64,000 nucleotides of DNA from positions 32,001-96,000 of the forward strand of contig CAVYHE010000010.1 in NCBI GenBank assembly GCA_963768305.1, written 5' to 3'. The notes beneath the pieces are model-generated. The model ran no database searches and was not told where the DNA came from. It saw only the letters and a program-made list of their open reading frames with translations. The DNA comes from an uncultured bacterium. GTDB lineage: Bacteria > Margulisbacteria > WOR-1 > CAVSGV01. A program made the translations under genes and the position numbers. Within the stretch, counting starts at the first letter, position 1, and each line of letters starts with the position of its first letter. Of the stretch, positions 19,481 to 29,414 are shown in pieces.

Positions 19481-21082
19481 ATGAAAAAGTTCCTGTTGAT
19501 ATTATCGGTCCTATTTCTTGTGTCAGGATATTGTTTTTCTCTGACAACTTCAGAGGCAAAAACAGCATCAAAAGAAGCAGCGGCCCTTACAACGCCGAAT
19601 ATAACTTCTGAAGCATCATCAACAAAAGAAGCCGTCCAGACCGCTGCTCCTGCGGCTGAGGCTAAAGCGACAAAGATCAAATTCAAGGATGTTCCCGATG
19701 ACCACTGGGCGGCAAGCTCGGTTTATTCGCTGGTGAACATGGGAGTGACGCAGGGCTATCCGGACGGCACGTTCAGGGGAAGCAGCAAAATCACAAGATA
19801 TGAGACCGCGAGCTTGATCTCAAAACTGGCTTCTGCCATAGAGGATGAAAATGATGTAGCGGCCGAGAGAACGAAAGATGAGATCAGGGACGAGATAATG
19901 TCCCTCAGGACGGAGATAGCGGCCCTTAAGCAGGCGCCGGAAGAAAGCGAAAAGCCGTTCTCCGGTCTATTCACCTCAGAGATCATGTTCGGAAATATTG
20001 CGGCGGGGAACACGTCAGTTGAAGGGCAATCCGCTCCGGTAGGGCCGCTTGTCAGGTACAGGCTGCAGACGACATTTTCCAAAGACTTAAGCGACACGGC
20101 AGGATTAAAAGTGAATATCGACACAATGGATTCCGGCTTTGGCGGAGGATCGAGCGATCTTTCAACAAGAATACTTGATGTTGAAGGGGATATGGATTTG
20201 AACATCGGGCTTGAAAATCCGTTGAATGTAATAGTTACAAGCGGGCCCGGCCCTCAGGTTCACACGGAAGAAGCCGTGAACGGAGAATACATAGCAAGGA
20301 GCGAGAACGGAGTTATTTATGTACGCCCATGGAACAGTGTTATGCTCTCTTCAAATATCTTGGGAACGGACCTTAGGCTGGGATATATTGCCAGAGTGAT
20401 AGATCAATTAGGCGCGGTACAAACCAATCAGTACCAGGCAGCGCTCGGGTTTGTTATTCCCAAATTATTCTTGGTACCTTCTTTCAAGCTGAACACTACG
20501 GTTGATTATCTTGCCAATCAGCCTCAATACGATCCATCCGGGCCTACCGACACCAAATTTACTTTTGATTCTTCCGGGATGCTCGCGTCAAAGGTCAAAA
20601 TGGGCTGGTTCTACAGTTTGAATCAGGATGGTTCGGCCCCTCATAATTCAATGGTCGGCTTCCAGCTGGACCTTATGGATGCATGGAATACAGGAACGCT
20701 TTTCACTTTTAAGTACAGAAAAGTGGGAAAGGATTACCTACATGCGGATACTTTGCTTGCAGAGGATCTTTTTGCGGGGTTGGATGCCTTTAACAGATAT
20801 ATCGGCAGCGGAGAGGGTCTGGGCATTGTGGATGTAGGCGGCGAGCTTACCCAGACTATCACGGATACTTTCAGGTTGCTCGGCAGGATCGACTGGAGGC
20901 TGACGCCTGACAACAAGTATGACAGCGATTCTCCTCAATGCGGGCTTGTGATGGAAGGCGGGATCTCCTGGGATATCGCCACCGATACGGTATTTGAAAC
21001 ATTATACAGGACCGAGACAATACCTTCCGCGGCGGACAAATCCACCGACCTGCTCCAGCTGAGCCTGTCGTATAAGTTCTAG
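19481..21082 (+). CDS. Second SLH-domain outer-membrane protein, paralog of the previous gene, with Ala/Thr-rich linker
   Basis: MKKFLLILS signal; FKDVPDDHWA...QGYPDGTFRG..ITRYETA; shared VNxDTMD and IGLENPL motifs; C-terminal LSYKF. Confidence 0.82.
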   Translation: MKKFLLILSVLFLVSGYCFSLTTSEAKTASKEAAALTTPNITSEASSTKEAVQTAAPAAEAKATKIKFKDVPDDHWAASSVYSLVNMGVTQGYPDGTFRGSSKITRYETASLISKLASAIEDENDVAAERTKDEIRDEIMSLRTEIAALKQAPEESEKPFSGLFTSEIMFGNIAAGNTSVEGQSAPVGPLVRYRLQTTFSKDLSDTAGLKVNIDTMDSGFGGGSSDLSTRILDVEGDMDLNIGLENPLNVIVTSGPGPQVHTEEAVNGEYIARSENGVIYVRPWNSVMLSSNILGTDLRLGYIARVIDQLGAVQTNQYQAALGFVIPKLFLVPSFKLNTTVDYLANQPQYDPSGPTDTKFTFDSSGMLASKVKMGWFYSLNQDGSAPHNSMVGFQLDLMDAWNTGTLFTFKYRKVGKDYLHADTLLAEDLFAGLDAFNRYIGSGEGLGIVDVGGELTQTITDTFRLLGRIDWRLTPDNKYDSDSPQCGLVMEGGISWDIATDTVFETLYRTETIPSAADKSTDLLQLSLSYKF

Positions 21083-21084
21083 CC

Positions 21085-21849
21085 TTGGAACTTAACGGGC
21101 TGAAAACCAGGGTAGTCGGCAAGAGGATCCTCTTTATTGAGGAAACCGATTCAACAAATGAAGAAGCGCGCCGGCTTGCCAAACTCGGCGAAAAAGAAGG
21201 CACTGTTATCATTGCCGCTTCCCAAACAAAAGGAAAGGGCAGGGCCGGCAGGCGGTGGATATCACCGGACGGCGGGCTTTACATCTCGATCATTTTAAAA
21301 CCCTATGTAAGCGCATCAAATCTTCCTTTGATCACACTTTTTTCCGCGGTCGCGGCGGTCCGGACCATAAGAGGCTTGACCAAGCTGAGCGCTTCGGTCA
21401 AGTGGCCGAATGATATCATCATATCGGGGAGGAAGGCCGGCGGGATCCTTTGCGAAGCAGCGAAAAATTTCATGATCGTCGGGATCGGGATAAATCTCAA
21501 TACGAACCTCAGCCTTTTTCCTTCTGCACTTAAAAAACAGGTCACATCCTTGAAATTCGAGCTTGGGGCCAATGTGGACAGGGACAAGATAACAAAGATC
21601 CTTCTTGAGGAATTCGATAAGCTTTACAATGATTTCCTGCATCACAGGTCGGAAAATATAATATCTGAATGGAGCGGCTACTGCCTCATGTTGGGAAATC
21701 CCGTCAGCATAGAAACATCGAAAGGTGTGGTCGTGGGCATAGCGGAAGGTGTGGGGAGCAGGGGAGAGTTGCGGGTCAGGGAGTATGATGGTAAAATCAT
21801 TAAAGTATTTTCGGGGGACGTGATCAAGGTAAATCCGGAGCATTTATGA
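21085..21849 (+). CDS. birA: Biotin-[acetyl-CoA carboxylase] ligase (no HTH)
   Basis: TDSTN, QTKGKGRAGRRW.SP, KWPNDI, KAGGIL.E, GIGINLN. Confidence 0.95.
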   Translation: MELNGLKTRVVGKRILFIEETDSTNEEARRLAKLGEKEGTVIIAASQTKGKGRAGRRWISPDGGLYISIILKPYVSASNLPLITLFSAVAAVRTIRGLTKLSASVKWPNDIIISGRKAGGILCEAAKNFMIVGIGINLNTNLSLFPSALKKQVTSLKFELGANVDRDKITKILLEEFDKLYNDFLHHRSENIISEWSGYCLMLGNPVSIETSKGVVVGIAEGVGSRGELRVREYDGKIIKVFSGDVIKVNPEHL

Positions 21850-22208
21850 ACAAAGCAAGAGGTATAAGGGGCGCTATAACGGTATCAAAAAACTCGAAGA
21901 ATGACATCTTATCATCCACGAGAGAGCTCCTTCGCGAGATCATCCGCGTGAACAAGATCAGGGCCGATGATATTGCCAGCATTATTTTCACCTCTACGAG
22001 CGACCTGAATGCGGAATTTCCCGCGACCGCCGCAAGAAGTTTGGGATTGAAAGCCACTCCTTTGCTTTGCGCCCGCGAGATAAATGTGCCGGGCTCGCTC
22101 AGGAAATGCATAAGAATTTTGATGCTGGTAAATTCCGACAAGGCGCAGTCTTCAATAAAGCATGTTTATTTAAGAAGCGCGAAAATATTGAGGGAAGATC
22201 TGAATTAA
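21846..22208 (+). CDS. aroH: Chorismate mutase, AroH class
   Basis: RGIRGAIT, IIFT.T.DLNAEFPA.AAR, PLLC..EI.VPGSL.KCIR, HVYL..A..LR.DL. Confidence 0.95.
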   Translation: MNKARGIRGAITVSKNSKNDILSSTRELLREIIRVNKIRADDIASIIFTSTSDLNAEFPATAARSLGLKATPLLCAREINVPGSLRKCIRILMLVNSDKAQSSIKHVYLRSAKILREDLN

Positions 22209-22226
22209 CCAGGAGGTTTTCTTATT

Positions 22227-23246
22227 ATGATGATAATCATGAGATCCGATGCGACCGACGAACAGATAAATCATGTGACCGATACATTGAAAAAAATGGG
22301 TTTTGGAGTGCACCTGTCGCGCGGGGTGGAGCGGGCAATAATCGGCGCGATAGGGGACAAACGCACTGTTACCGTTGAGAACCTCCTTGTCCTCCCGGGC
22401 GTTGCGGATGTCGTTCCCATAAGGAAACCGTTCAAGCTTGTTTCGCGCGAATTCAAGAAAGAAGATACCGTTGTCAATATAGGCGGCGGAGTTCATATTG
22501 GAGCGTCCGCGCCAATATGCATCATTGCCGGGCCGTGCTCGGTCGAATCAAAGGACCAGATAGTCGAAACAGCCGAAGCGGTGAAAAAGGCCGGGGCGAA
22601 AGCCTTGCGCGGCGGGGCTTTCAAGCCAAGGACATCGCCTTATTCATTCCAGGGACTCGGAGAAGAGGGGTTAAAGTACCTTGCGGAAGCGAAAAAGAGA
22701 ACGGGGCTTCCCATTGTCACGGAGGTAATGGATACCAGGGATGTTGACCTCGTGAAAAAATATGCCGATGTCCTTCAGATAGGCGCGAGGAACATGCAGA
22801 ATTTCACTCTTTTGAAAGAAGTTGGCAAGGCGAAAAAGCCCGTTCTGCTGAAGCGCGGATCAGGAAGTTCAATAGAAGATCTTCTGATGGCGGCGGAATA
22901 TGTCATATCGGAGGGCAACCGCGACATCATTTTATGCGAGAGAGGGATCAAGACCGCCGAAACATACACAAGGAACACCCTGGATCTGAATGCAATCCCG
23001 GTCATCAAGAAACTGACGCATTTGCCTGTTATCGTTGACCCAAGCCACGGCATAGGCATTTGGGACCTTGTCCCGGCTATGGCGAAAGCATCCATCGCCG
23101 CGGGAGCCGACGGATTGATCATAGAAGTGCATCTCAAGCCGGAAGAGGCGCTGTCAGACGGCGCGCAATCGCTTAAGCCTGATAATTTTGAGCAGCTAAT
23201 GAATGACCTGAAAAAAATAGCCGAGGCTATCGGAAGAAAATTCTGA
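22227..23246 (+). CDS. aroF: DAHP synthase type I-beta with N-terminal regulatory domain
   Basis: [46 protein letters not shown]. Confidence 0.95.
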   Translation: MMIIMRSDATDEQINHVTDTLKKMGFGVHLSRGVERAIIGAIGDKRTVTVENLLVLPGVADVVPIRKPFKLVSREFKKEDTVVNIGGGVHIGASAPICIIAGPCSVESKDQIVETAEAVKKAGAKALRGGAFKPRTSPYSFQGLGEEGLKYLAEAKKRTGLPIVTEVMDTRDVDLVKKYADVLQIGARNMQNFTLLKEVGKAKKPVLLKRGSGSSIEDLLMAAEYVISEGNRDIILCERGIKTAETYTRNTLDLNAIPVIKKLTHLPVIVDPSHGIGIWDLVPAMAKASIAAGADGLIIEVHLKPEEALSDGAQSLKPDNFEQLMNDLKKIAEAIGRKF

Positions 23247-24740
23247 ATGAAGATAAATCTTGCCGGATACAATCTTGACTCCGATGTCATAGAGGAATTA
23301 AAAGCCCTGTCCCCCGGACGACTGGATGCTACGCCCGAGACCCTTTCAGCTTCCTATGCCCGCATAAGCAGGGATCCCAGATCAATAGACGAGCTCAGAA
23401 AAGCCGCGCGTCTGGAAGTGGAATCCGCCAGAAAATCCAACAAGACCATCATTTTCAAGATGGGCCATCATTCCGTCGCGGAGCACGCGGTCTTCAATTT
23501 TGACATCATAGGGGTCTCAAGGCTCGCGATGGAATATCTGGAGCGCTTCAGGCTGTGTTCTTTCACGGAAAAATCCCAGCGCTACATCACTTTAGGAGGG
23601 GAGTACACGGTCCCCGAGGAGATCAGAAATTCCAGTTTTGCCAAGGAATTCAGGTCGATCATAGAACTTCAGAATGAGTTTTACCATCGATCCTATGAAA
23701 AGCTGAAAGCTCATGTCTTTGCGAAGAACAGCGAACTCGCGAAGGATGAAAAGAACCATAATCTCCTTGAAGGATGGGCGAAAGAGGATGCCCGATACAT
23801 CACTTCTCTGGCGACGGAAGGGCAGCTGGGCTTGACGGTCAATGCCAGGAACCTGGAGTTGATATTGAGGCGGTTCGCGTCAAATCCATATGCGGAGGTC
23901 AAAGAGATCGGCAGGGAGCTTTACAGATTGGCCACGGCGGTGGCGCCGTCCATACTACTTTTTACCGAAGCCAATGATTTTGACTCCAAGACATATGATG
24001 AAATAGCAGCTGTGAAACCCGACGCTATAGTGTCGGTTATGAAAAAAAACAACCGAGACTTCAGTCTCGGGTTTGTAACTCTTGAGAATTATACAAAAAA
24101 TGCCGATGACATCGTAGTTGCCGCACTTTTACATACGACATCGAACCTTTCATTTGCCGACTGCAGGAAAGCCGTCGGTAAAATGGCGCCTGTCAAAAAG
24201 AAAGATATCATCAAAGCTTCGATGAAAAGGATGGAATTCTATGATGCGACATTAAGGGAATTTGAGCTTATAGATATTACATATGATATGGTCATTTCCG
24301 CTTCATGTTTCGCGCAATTAAAACGCCACAGGACGGCCACTTTGACGGCTCAGGATTATGATCCGTCATTGGGGGTAACGATCCCCCAGGCGATCGTTGA
24401 TGTCAAGCTTGATAAGGAATTCATGAGGATCGTGAAGATGACGGAAGATCTCTTCTACGAGATGGAATCAAAACTTGGCGGATGTGCGCAGTATATATTG
24501 ACCAATGCCCACAGGAGGAGGGTCCTGATGGGCGTGAACGCGAGGGAGCTTTATCATATTTCCAGGCTAAGGGAAGACGCTCACGCGCAATGGGACATCC
24601 AGAATATCGCGGCCCAGATGGCCAGGCTGGCGAAAAAGAAAATGCCGCTCACATTCATGCTGATCGGCGGAAAAGATAAATATCCGGAGATATATAAGAA
24701 AGTTTATGGAGTCCTACCGAAATTGATCCCGCCGAAGTAA
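23247..24740 (+). CDS. thyX: FAD-dependent thymidylate synthase, tandem double-domain form
   Basis: GHHSVAEH, SFTEKSQRY, EDARY, NARNL; second repeat QLKRHR, NAREL.H..RLR...HAQWDI. Confidence 0.88.
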   Translation: MKINLAGYNLDSDVIEELKALSPGRLDATPETLSASYARISRDPRSIDELRKAARLEVESARKSNKTIIFKMGHHSVAEHAVFNFDIIGVSRLAMEYLERFRLCSFTEKSQRYITLGGEYTVPEEIRNSSFAKEFRSIIELQNEFYHRSYEKLKAHVFAKNSELAKDEKNHNLLEGWAKEDARYITSLATEGQLGLTVNARNLELILRRFASNPYAEVKEIGRELYRLATAVAPSILLFTEANDFDSKTYDEIAAVKPDAIVSVMKKNNRDFSLGFVTLENYTKNADDIVVAALLHTTSNLSFADCRKAVGKMAPVKKKDIIKASMKRMEFYDATLREFELIDITYDMVISASCFAQLKRHRTATLTAQDYDPSLGVTIPQAIVDVKLDKEFMRIVKMTEDLFYEMESKLGGCAQYILTNAHRRRVLMGVNARELYHISRLREDAHAQWDIQNIAAQMARLAKKKMPLTFMLIGGKDKYPEIYKKVYGVLPKLIPPK

Positions 24741-24746
24741 TTCGAT

Positions 24747-25817
24747 TTATCTGCAAAGCCTCGCGATATTCTCGATCAGCTTTCCCATCCCGTCCTTTTT
24801 CAGGGCGGAAATGGCGACAGCGGGGGAATATTTCTTGATAAGGACTTTTGGATCGCCATTGTATTTGTCGATCTTGTTGAACACCGTTAGTATCGGCTTT
24901 GTGATAGCCGATAGGTCCTCAAGCACCTTGTAAGTCGCGTTTATCTGCCCGATGAAATTCGGGTTGGAAATATCGACTATATGTATCAGCAGGTCAGCTT
25001 CAGTCACCTCTTCAAGCGTCGCCTGGAAAGCTTCCACCAGATCGTGAGGCAAATTCTGGATAAATCCGACAGTATCGGTTAAAAGCACTTCTTTTTTATT
25101 CGGAAGCTTTAATATCCGCGTTACCGGATCAAGCGTTGCGAACAATTTGTCCTCCGCTGTCACGCCTGCGCCTGTCAAAGTATTGAGCAGCGTGGATTTT
25201 CCCGCGTTCGTATAGCCCACTATGGCGGCAACGGTTATGTTCGACTGCCTTCTTCTTTCCCTTCTTACTCCTCTGTGGCGGCGAACATCTTCAAGTTCTT
25301 TTTTAAGCTGTGACAGTCGATCTCTGATCCTTCTTCGGTCCATTTCAAGCTTTGTTTCTCCCGGCCCCCTTGTGCCTATTCCGCCGCCCAGCCTTGAAAG
25401 CTCAACTCCTTTTCCAGTCAAATGGGTCAAAGTGTAATTGTCCTGCGCGAGCTCCACCTGAAGCTTTCCTTCGCGCGTATGCGCGTGCTGGGCAAAGATG
25501 TCCAGTATCAGGCCTGTCCGGTCGATAACTTTTAGCCCCAGCGCATTCTGAAGGTTCCTTACTTGAGAAGGGAAAAGGTCATTATTGAATATCACCAATT
25601 GAGCATCGGTCGAAGCACAGAGGGCCTTAAGCTCATCCACTTTTCCTTTGCCGATGTAGAATTTTACATCAGGCTTTTCCCTGGACTGCACAAGCTCTCC
25701 GACAGAATACGCTCCCGCGGTCTTTGCCAGCGCTTCCAGCTCCACCAAACCATAAGGGTCGATCTTTGACTTTTTGAGACTAACGTCTGCGAGGACAGCG
25801 CTTTCCGGTTTCTTCAT
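24747..25817 (-). CDS. hflX: Ribosome-associated GTPase HflX
   Basis: IDRTGLILDIFAQHA, GGIGTRGPGETKLE.DRR, VGYTNAGKST, DTVGFI, NKID. Confidence 0.97.
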   Translation of the reverse strand: MKKPESAVLADVSLKKSKIDPYGLVELEALAKTAGAYSVGELVQSREKPDVKFYIGKGKVDELKALCASTDAQLVIFNNDLFPSQVRNLQNALGLKVIDRTGLILDIFAQHAHTREGKLQVELAQDNYTLTHLTGKGVELSRLGGGIGTRGPGETKLEMDRRRIRDRLSQLKKELEDVRRHRGVRRERRRQSNITVAAIVGYTNAGKSTLLNTLTGAGVTAEDKLFATLDPVTRILKLPNKKEVLLTDTVGFIQNLPHDLVEAFQATLEEVTEADLLIHIVDISNPNFIGQINATYKVLEDLSAITKPILTVFNKIDKYNGDPKVLIKKYSPAVAISALKKDGMGKLIENIARLCR

Positions 25818-26801
25818 TCTTCCTTCATTTCGCGCTGCATCAGGGAGGAAAAAGCCTTGAAAGGGTTTTTGCCTTCATATATAACGGAGTAAACTTCCTC
25901 TGTTATCGGCATTTCTATCTTTAATTTTCTTGATATTTCCCTTGCCGCCTTTGACGTGGGAACGCCTTCGGCGACATCATACATTTTTGTCACGATGTCA
26001 TTAAAGTGTTTTCCCTGCGCTATTTCCATTCCCACATGATGGTTCCTTGATAATGTGCTGGAGCAGGTGGTAATCAGGTCGCCTATACCGGACAGGCCAT
26101 TAAATGTTTCCGCCTTTCCGCCCATTGCTACTCCAAGCCTTTTTATCTCCGCTATTCCCCGTACCATCAGAGCGGACTTCGCGTTATTCCCGAACATCAG
26201 GCCGTCACCAACTCCTGCAGCTATCGCGATTATATTTTTTAACGCGCCCCCGAGCTCAACGCCGGTAACATCCGTGTTCACATAGACCCTGAACCTTCCG
26301 TTGTTAAGGACCATTCTGGACGAATTTTGCAATGTCGATATTTTTTGAGGCCGCCACGGCGGCAGCCGGCAGGCCCCTGGCTATCTCTTTTGAAATGTTC
26401 GGCCCGGATATCACGGCTATGTTATCGCATGGAAGTTCTTCTTTTATCACTTCGGTCATTCTTTTTTGGGTCTCTATCTCCAGCCCTTTCACCGCGCTTA
26501 TGATGACCGCGTCTTTTTTAACGTGTTTTGCCGCGTTCTTAAGAGTTCTCCTTAAATACTGCGAAGGCGTGGCGATTATCAGGACCTCATTTGCGCATGC
26601 TTTTATGATGTCGCCTGTAGCGTCGATACCGCTCGGAAGCTGGAAACCGTTCAGATATTTTTTGTTCTCCCTGAATTCATTGATACTTTTTGCCACATCA
26701 TCTTCAAAGGACCAAATCGTTACAGTGTGGCCATTTTCGGCCGCCAGTATCGATAAAGTGGTCCCCCAGGCGCCGGCTCCGATCACGGAAATTTTCGACA
26801 A
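25814..26801 (-). CDS. gpsA: NAD(P)H-dependent glycerol-3-phosphate dehydrogenase (indel near 26310)
   Basis: IGAGAWGT, KGLE, SGPN; second frame GVELGGALKNIIAIAAG, GLSGIGDLITTC.S..SRN. Confidence 0.94.
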
Positions 26802-26802
26802 A

Positions 26803-27414
26803 TTATTTATTCCCCCATATCTTCGATTCAGTGCCGGCCATCAATCGTCTGATATTAGGTATGTGTTTGTAGATAACAAGTAGAGCGACGATGGCAGTGG
26901 CTATCGAATATTCGATAGGCTTGTGATATGCGAACATCAGGATCGACAGCAGAATAACGCCTGTTATCGATGCTACAGAAACATATCTTGTGACCGCGAT
27001 CGCTATTGCCACGTAGATCAACGCGATCAGGAAAAGATCGGGCGCTATCCCCGCCAGAACGCCAAGGCTGGTTGCCGCCCCTTTGCCGCCCTTAAATCCC
27101 AGATATAAAGGGAACATGTGTCCGATCACCGCGGCCAGACCAGACAGGACTATAAAGGTTTCTTTTGATAATAAGGGAGGCGATGCGGGGAGCATAAGCT
27201 GCGCCAGATATATTGAAGCGGTGCCTTTGAGCAGATCCAGAAGGAACACCAGCGATGCGGGGATCACACCAAGAGACCTGTAAATATTCGTGGCGCCTAT
27301 GTTGCCGCTTCCGACCTTTCTGATGTCAACGCCGGCCAGCCTGGAAATGATAACTCCGAAAGGAATGGAACCGATCAAGTAGCCCAAGAGTACCGGGAGC
27401 AGAGAATTAAGCAT
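26803..27414 (-). CDS. plsY: Glycerol-3-phosphate acyltransferase PlsY
   Basis: YLIGSIP.G, DIR..GSGNIGATN, GH.FP...FKGGKG.AT, KH..NI.RL..GTE. Confidence 0.96.
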   Translation of the reverse strand: MLNSLLPVLLGYLIGSIPFGVIISRLAGVDIRKVGSGNIGATNIYRSLGVIPASLVFLLDLLKGTASIYLAQLMLPASPPLLSKETFIVLSGLAAVIGHMFPLYLGFKGGKGAATSLGVLAGIAPDLFLIALIYVAIAIAVTRYVSVASITGVILLSILMFAYHKPIEYSIATAIVALLVIYKHIPNIRRLMAGTESKIWGNK

Positions 27415-27422
27415 AATGCCTG

Positions 27423-27451
27423 ATTTTACGATACCTTGGGAGCGGTTTCAA
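27423..27451 (-). promoter_or_regulatory. Sigma70-type promoter, apparently leaderless plsY
   Basis: TTGAAA-17-TAAAAT-8nt-ATG, no SD. Confidence 0.55.
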
Positions 27452-27495
27452 CCCGCATTATATGATAGAATACCGCTCAAAAGGGGTGATTATTC

Positions 27496-27762
27496 ATGCC
27501 AAGAAAGACAAGTTCCGAGCCGGGATGGGATGAGATAGGGAAGATGGTGGGGAAAAAGATGGAGAAGATGAATGATAAGGAATGCTGCGGCGGGTGGCAC
27601 AAGTACATGTTCAAGAGGCATCACACAGACGGCGGCTTTTTCGGTCGTTTGCTGTTCGCGATAGGCATGCTGATATTGCTGACCACGATGGGAGTAATTC
27701 ACGGCGTGGCAACCTGGGTCCTGGTCCTGATTGGCGCAGGGTTTGCGCTGATGAAGTTTTAG
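27496..27762 (+). CDS. Small membrane protein, unknown function
   Basis: SD AGGGGTGA; two C-terminal hydrophobic helices; directly upstream of nadE. Confidence 0.65.
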   Translation: MPRKTSSEPGWDEIGKMVGKKMEKMNDKECCGGWHKYMFKRHHTDGGFFGRLLFAIGMLILLTTMGVIHGVATWVLVLIGAGFALMKF

Positions 27763-27777
27763 AGAAAGGCGGGTAAC

Positions 27778-29371
27778 ATGAAGATCGCGCTTGCCCAAAT
27801 AAACCCTACCGTCGGCGCGCTTGAGAATAACGCGACGAAGATCATCGAATATATCGGAAAAGCAAAAGCTCAAGGCGCGGACCTGGCCGTCTTTCCGGAG
27901 CTCGCGATAACCGGATATCCTCCCGAAGACCTTCTCCTTAAGCCTCAGTTCATTATTGACAACCTTGATGCACTAAAAATGATTGTAAAAGCGTCCAAAG
28001 GCATAGGCGTGTATATCGGCTTTGTCGATAAGGCGGGAAAGGATCTGTTCAATGCCGGAGCTTTTATCGATAACGGAAAAGTCGTCAAAATATACCACAA
28101 GAACAACCTTCCAAATTATGGTGTTTTCGACGAAAAAAGATATTTTACGGAAGGCGATAAGCCTGGCGATAGTTAAATTCAGAGGCATCAATATCGGCCT
28201 CGGCATTTGCGAAGACATCTGGGTGGAAGACGGGCCTTATAAGGCAGAGGCAAAGGCGAAGGCAAAGGTATTCCTCAATATCAACGCTTCTCCATATCAT
28301 GTCGGGAAGATAAACGACAGGGAAAAGATACTGAAGAAAAGAGCGGTCAGCACAAAAGCACGCATTATATATGTAAACATGGTAGGCGGGCAGGATGAGC
28401 TTGTTTTTGACGGCGGCAGCATGGTATTGAACAGCAAAGGAAAAGTTATCGCACGAGCTTCGCAGTATAAGGAAGAGATTCCTTATTATCGACGAAACCG
28501 GGGGTAAAATGATACCAAAGCTTGATCCTCTTTCGGAGATATATGAAACCTTGATAATGGGCGTGCGCGATTATGTGGAAAAGAATAAATTCGGCGGCGT
28601 GATAATCGGCATTTCCGGCGGGATCGATTCGGCGCTAACGGCTGCCATCGCATGCGACGCGCTCGGGAAAAGAAAAAGTTCATACAATTTTCATGCCGTC
28701 AGATTTCACGTCCCCCCAAAGCCACGATGATTCCGTTCACGGTTACGAAAAATCTGGGAATTAAAATGGACATCATACCTATCAAGGACATCTTTTCGCA
28801 GTATCTTGCGACTTTGGAGCCGAATTTCAAGGGAAGATCCCCGGATATCACCGAAGAGAACCTACAGGCAAGGATCAGGGGCAATATCCTCATGGCCTTA
28901 TCGAATAAATTCGGATGGCTGGTACTCAGCACGGGAAATAAATCGGAAGTATCCACGGGATATTGCACTTTATACGGCGACATGGCCGGCGGATTCAACA
29001 TTTTGAAGGATATCCCAAAGGTCATGGTGTACAAGCTGGCTAATTGGAGAAATAAAAACAAGGTCGTTATTCCTCAGTCGATAATCGACAGGGCGCCGAC
29101 CGCTGAGTTAAAGCCCCACCAGAAGGACCAGGATACGCTTCCACCTTATGAAACGCTTGATAAGATCATCACGCTTTATGTGGAAGAGAACAAAAGCGTG
29201 AGGCAGATCGCCGCGATGGGGATTGATAAGTCCGTTGCCGCAAAAGTCGCCTCGATGATCGACAGGTCTGAATACAAAAGGCGTCAGTCAGCGCCGGGAA
29301 TAAGGATAACATCCCGAGCGTTCGGCAAGGATTGGAGACTGCCTATTACAAACAGTTATTCCTCGCAATAA
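27778..29371 (+). CDS. nadE: Glutamine-dependent NAD+ synthetase (nitrilase plus synthetase domains; several indels)
   Basis: [70 protein letters not shown]. Confidence 0.93.
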
Positions 29372-29376
29372 TCCTG

Positions 29377-29411
29377 TTTACAAAATTGTATATATCTGAT
29401 ACAATATTGTA
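29377..29411 (+). promoter_or_regulatory. Sigma70 promoter of the activator gene overlapped by two TACA-N4-TGTA operators
   Basis: TTTACA(29377)-17-TACAAT(29400); TACAAAATTGTA 29379-29390 and TACAATATTGTA 29400-29411. Confidence 0.7.
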
Positions 29412-29414
29412 TAT

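Noticed and set aside
27778..29371. nadE as separate glutaminase and synthetase genes
   Set aside because: The frame upstream of ATG 28509 is open ([12 protein letters not shown]), consistent with one gene plus an indel.
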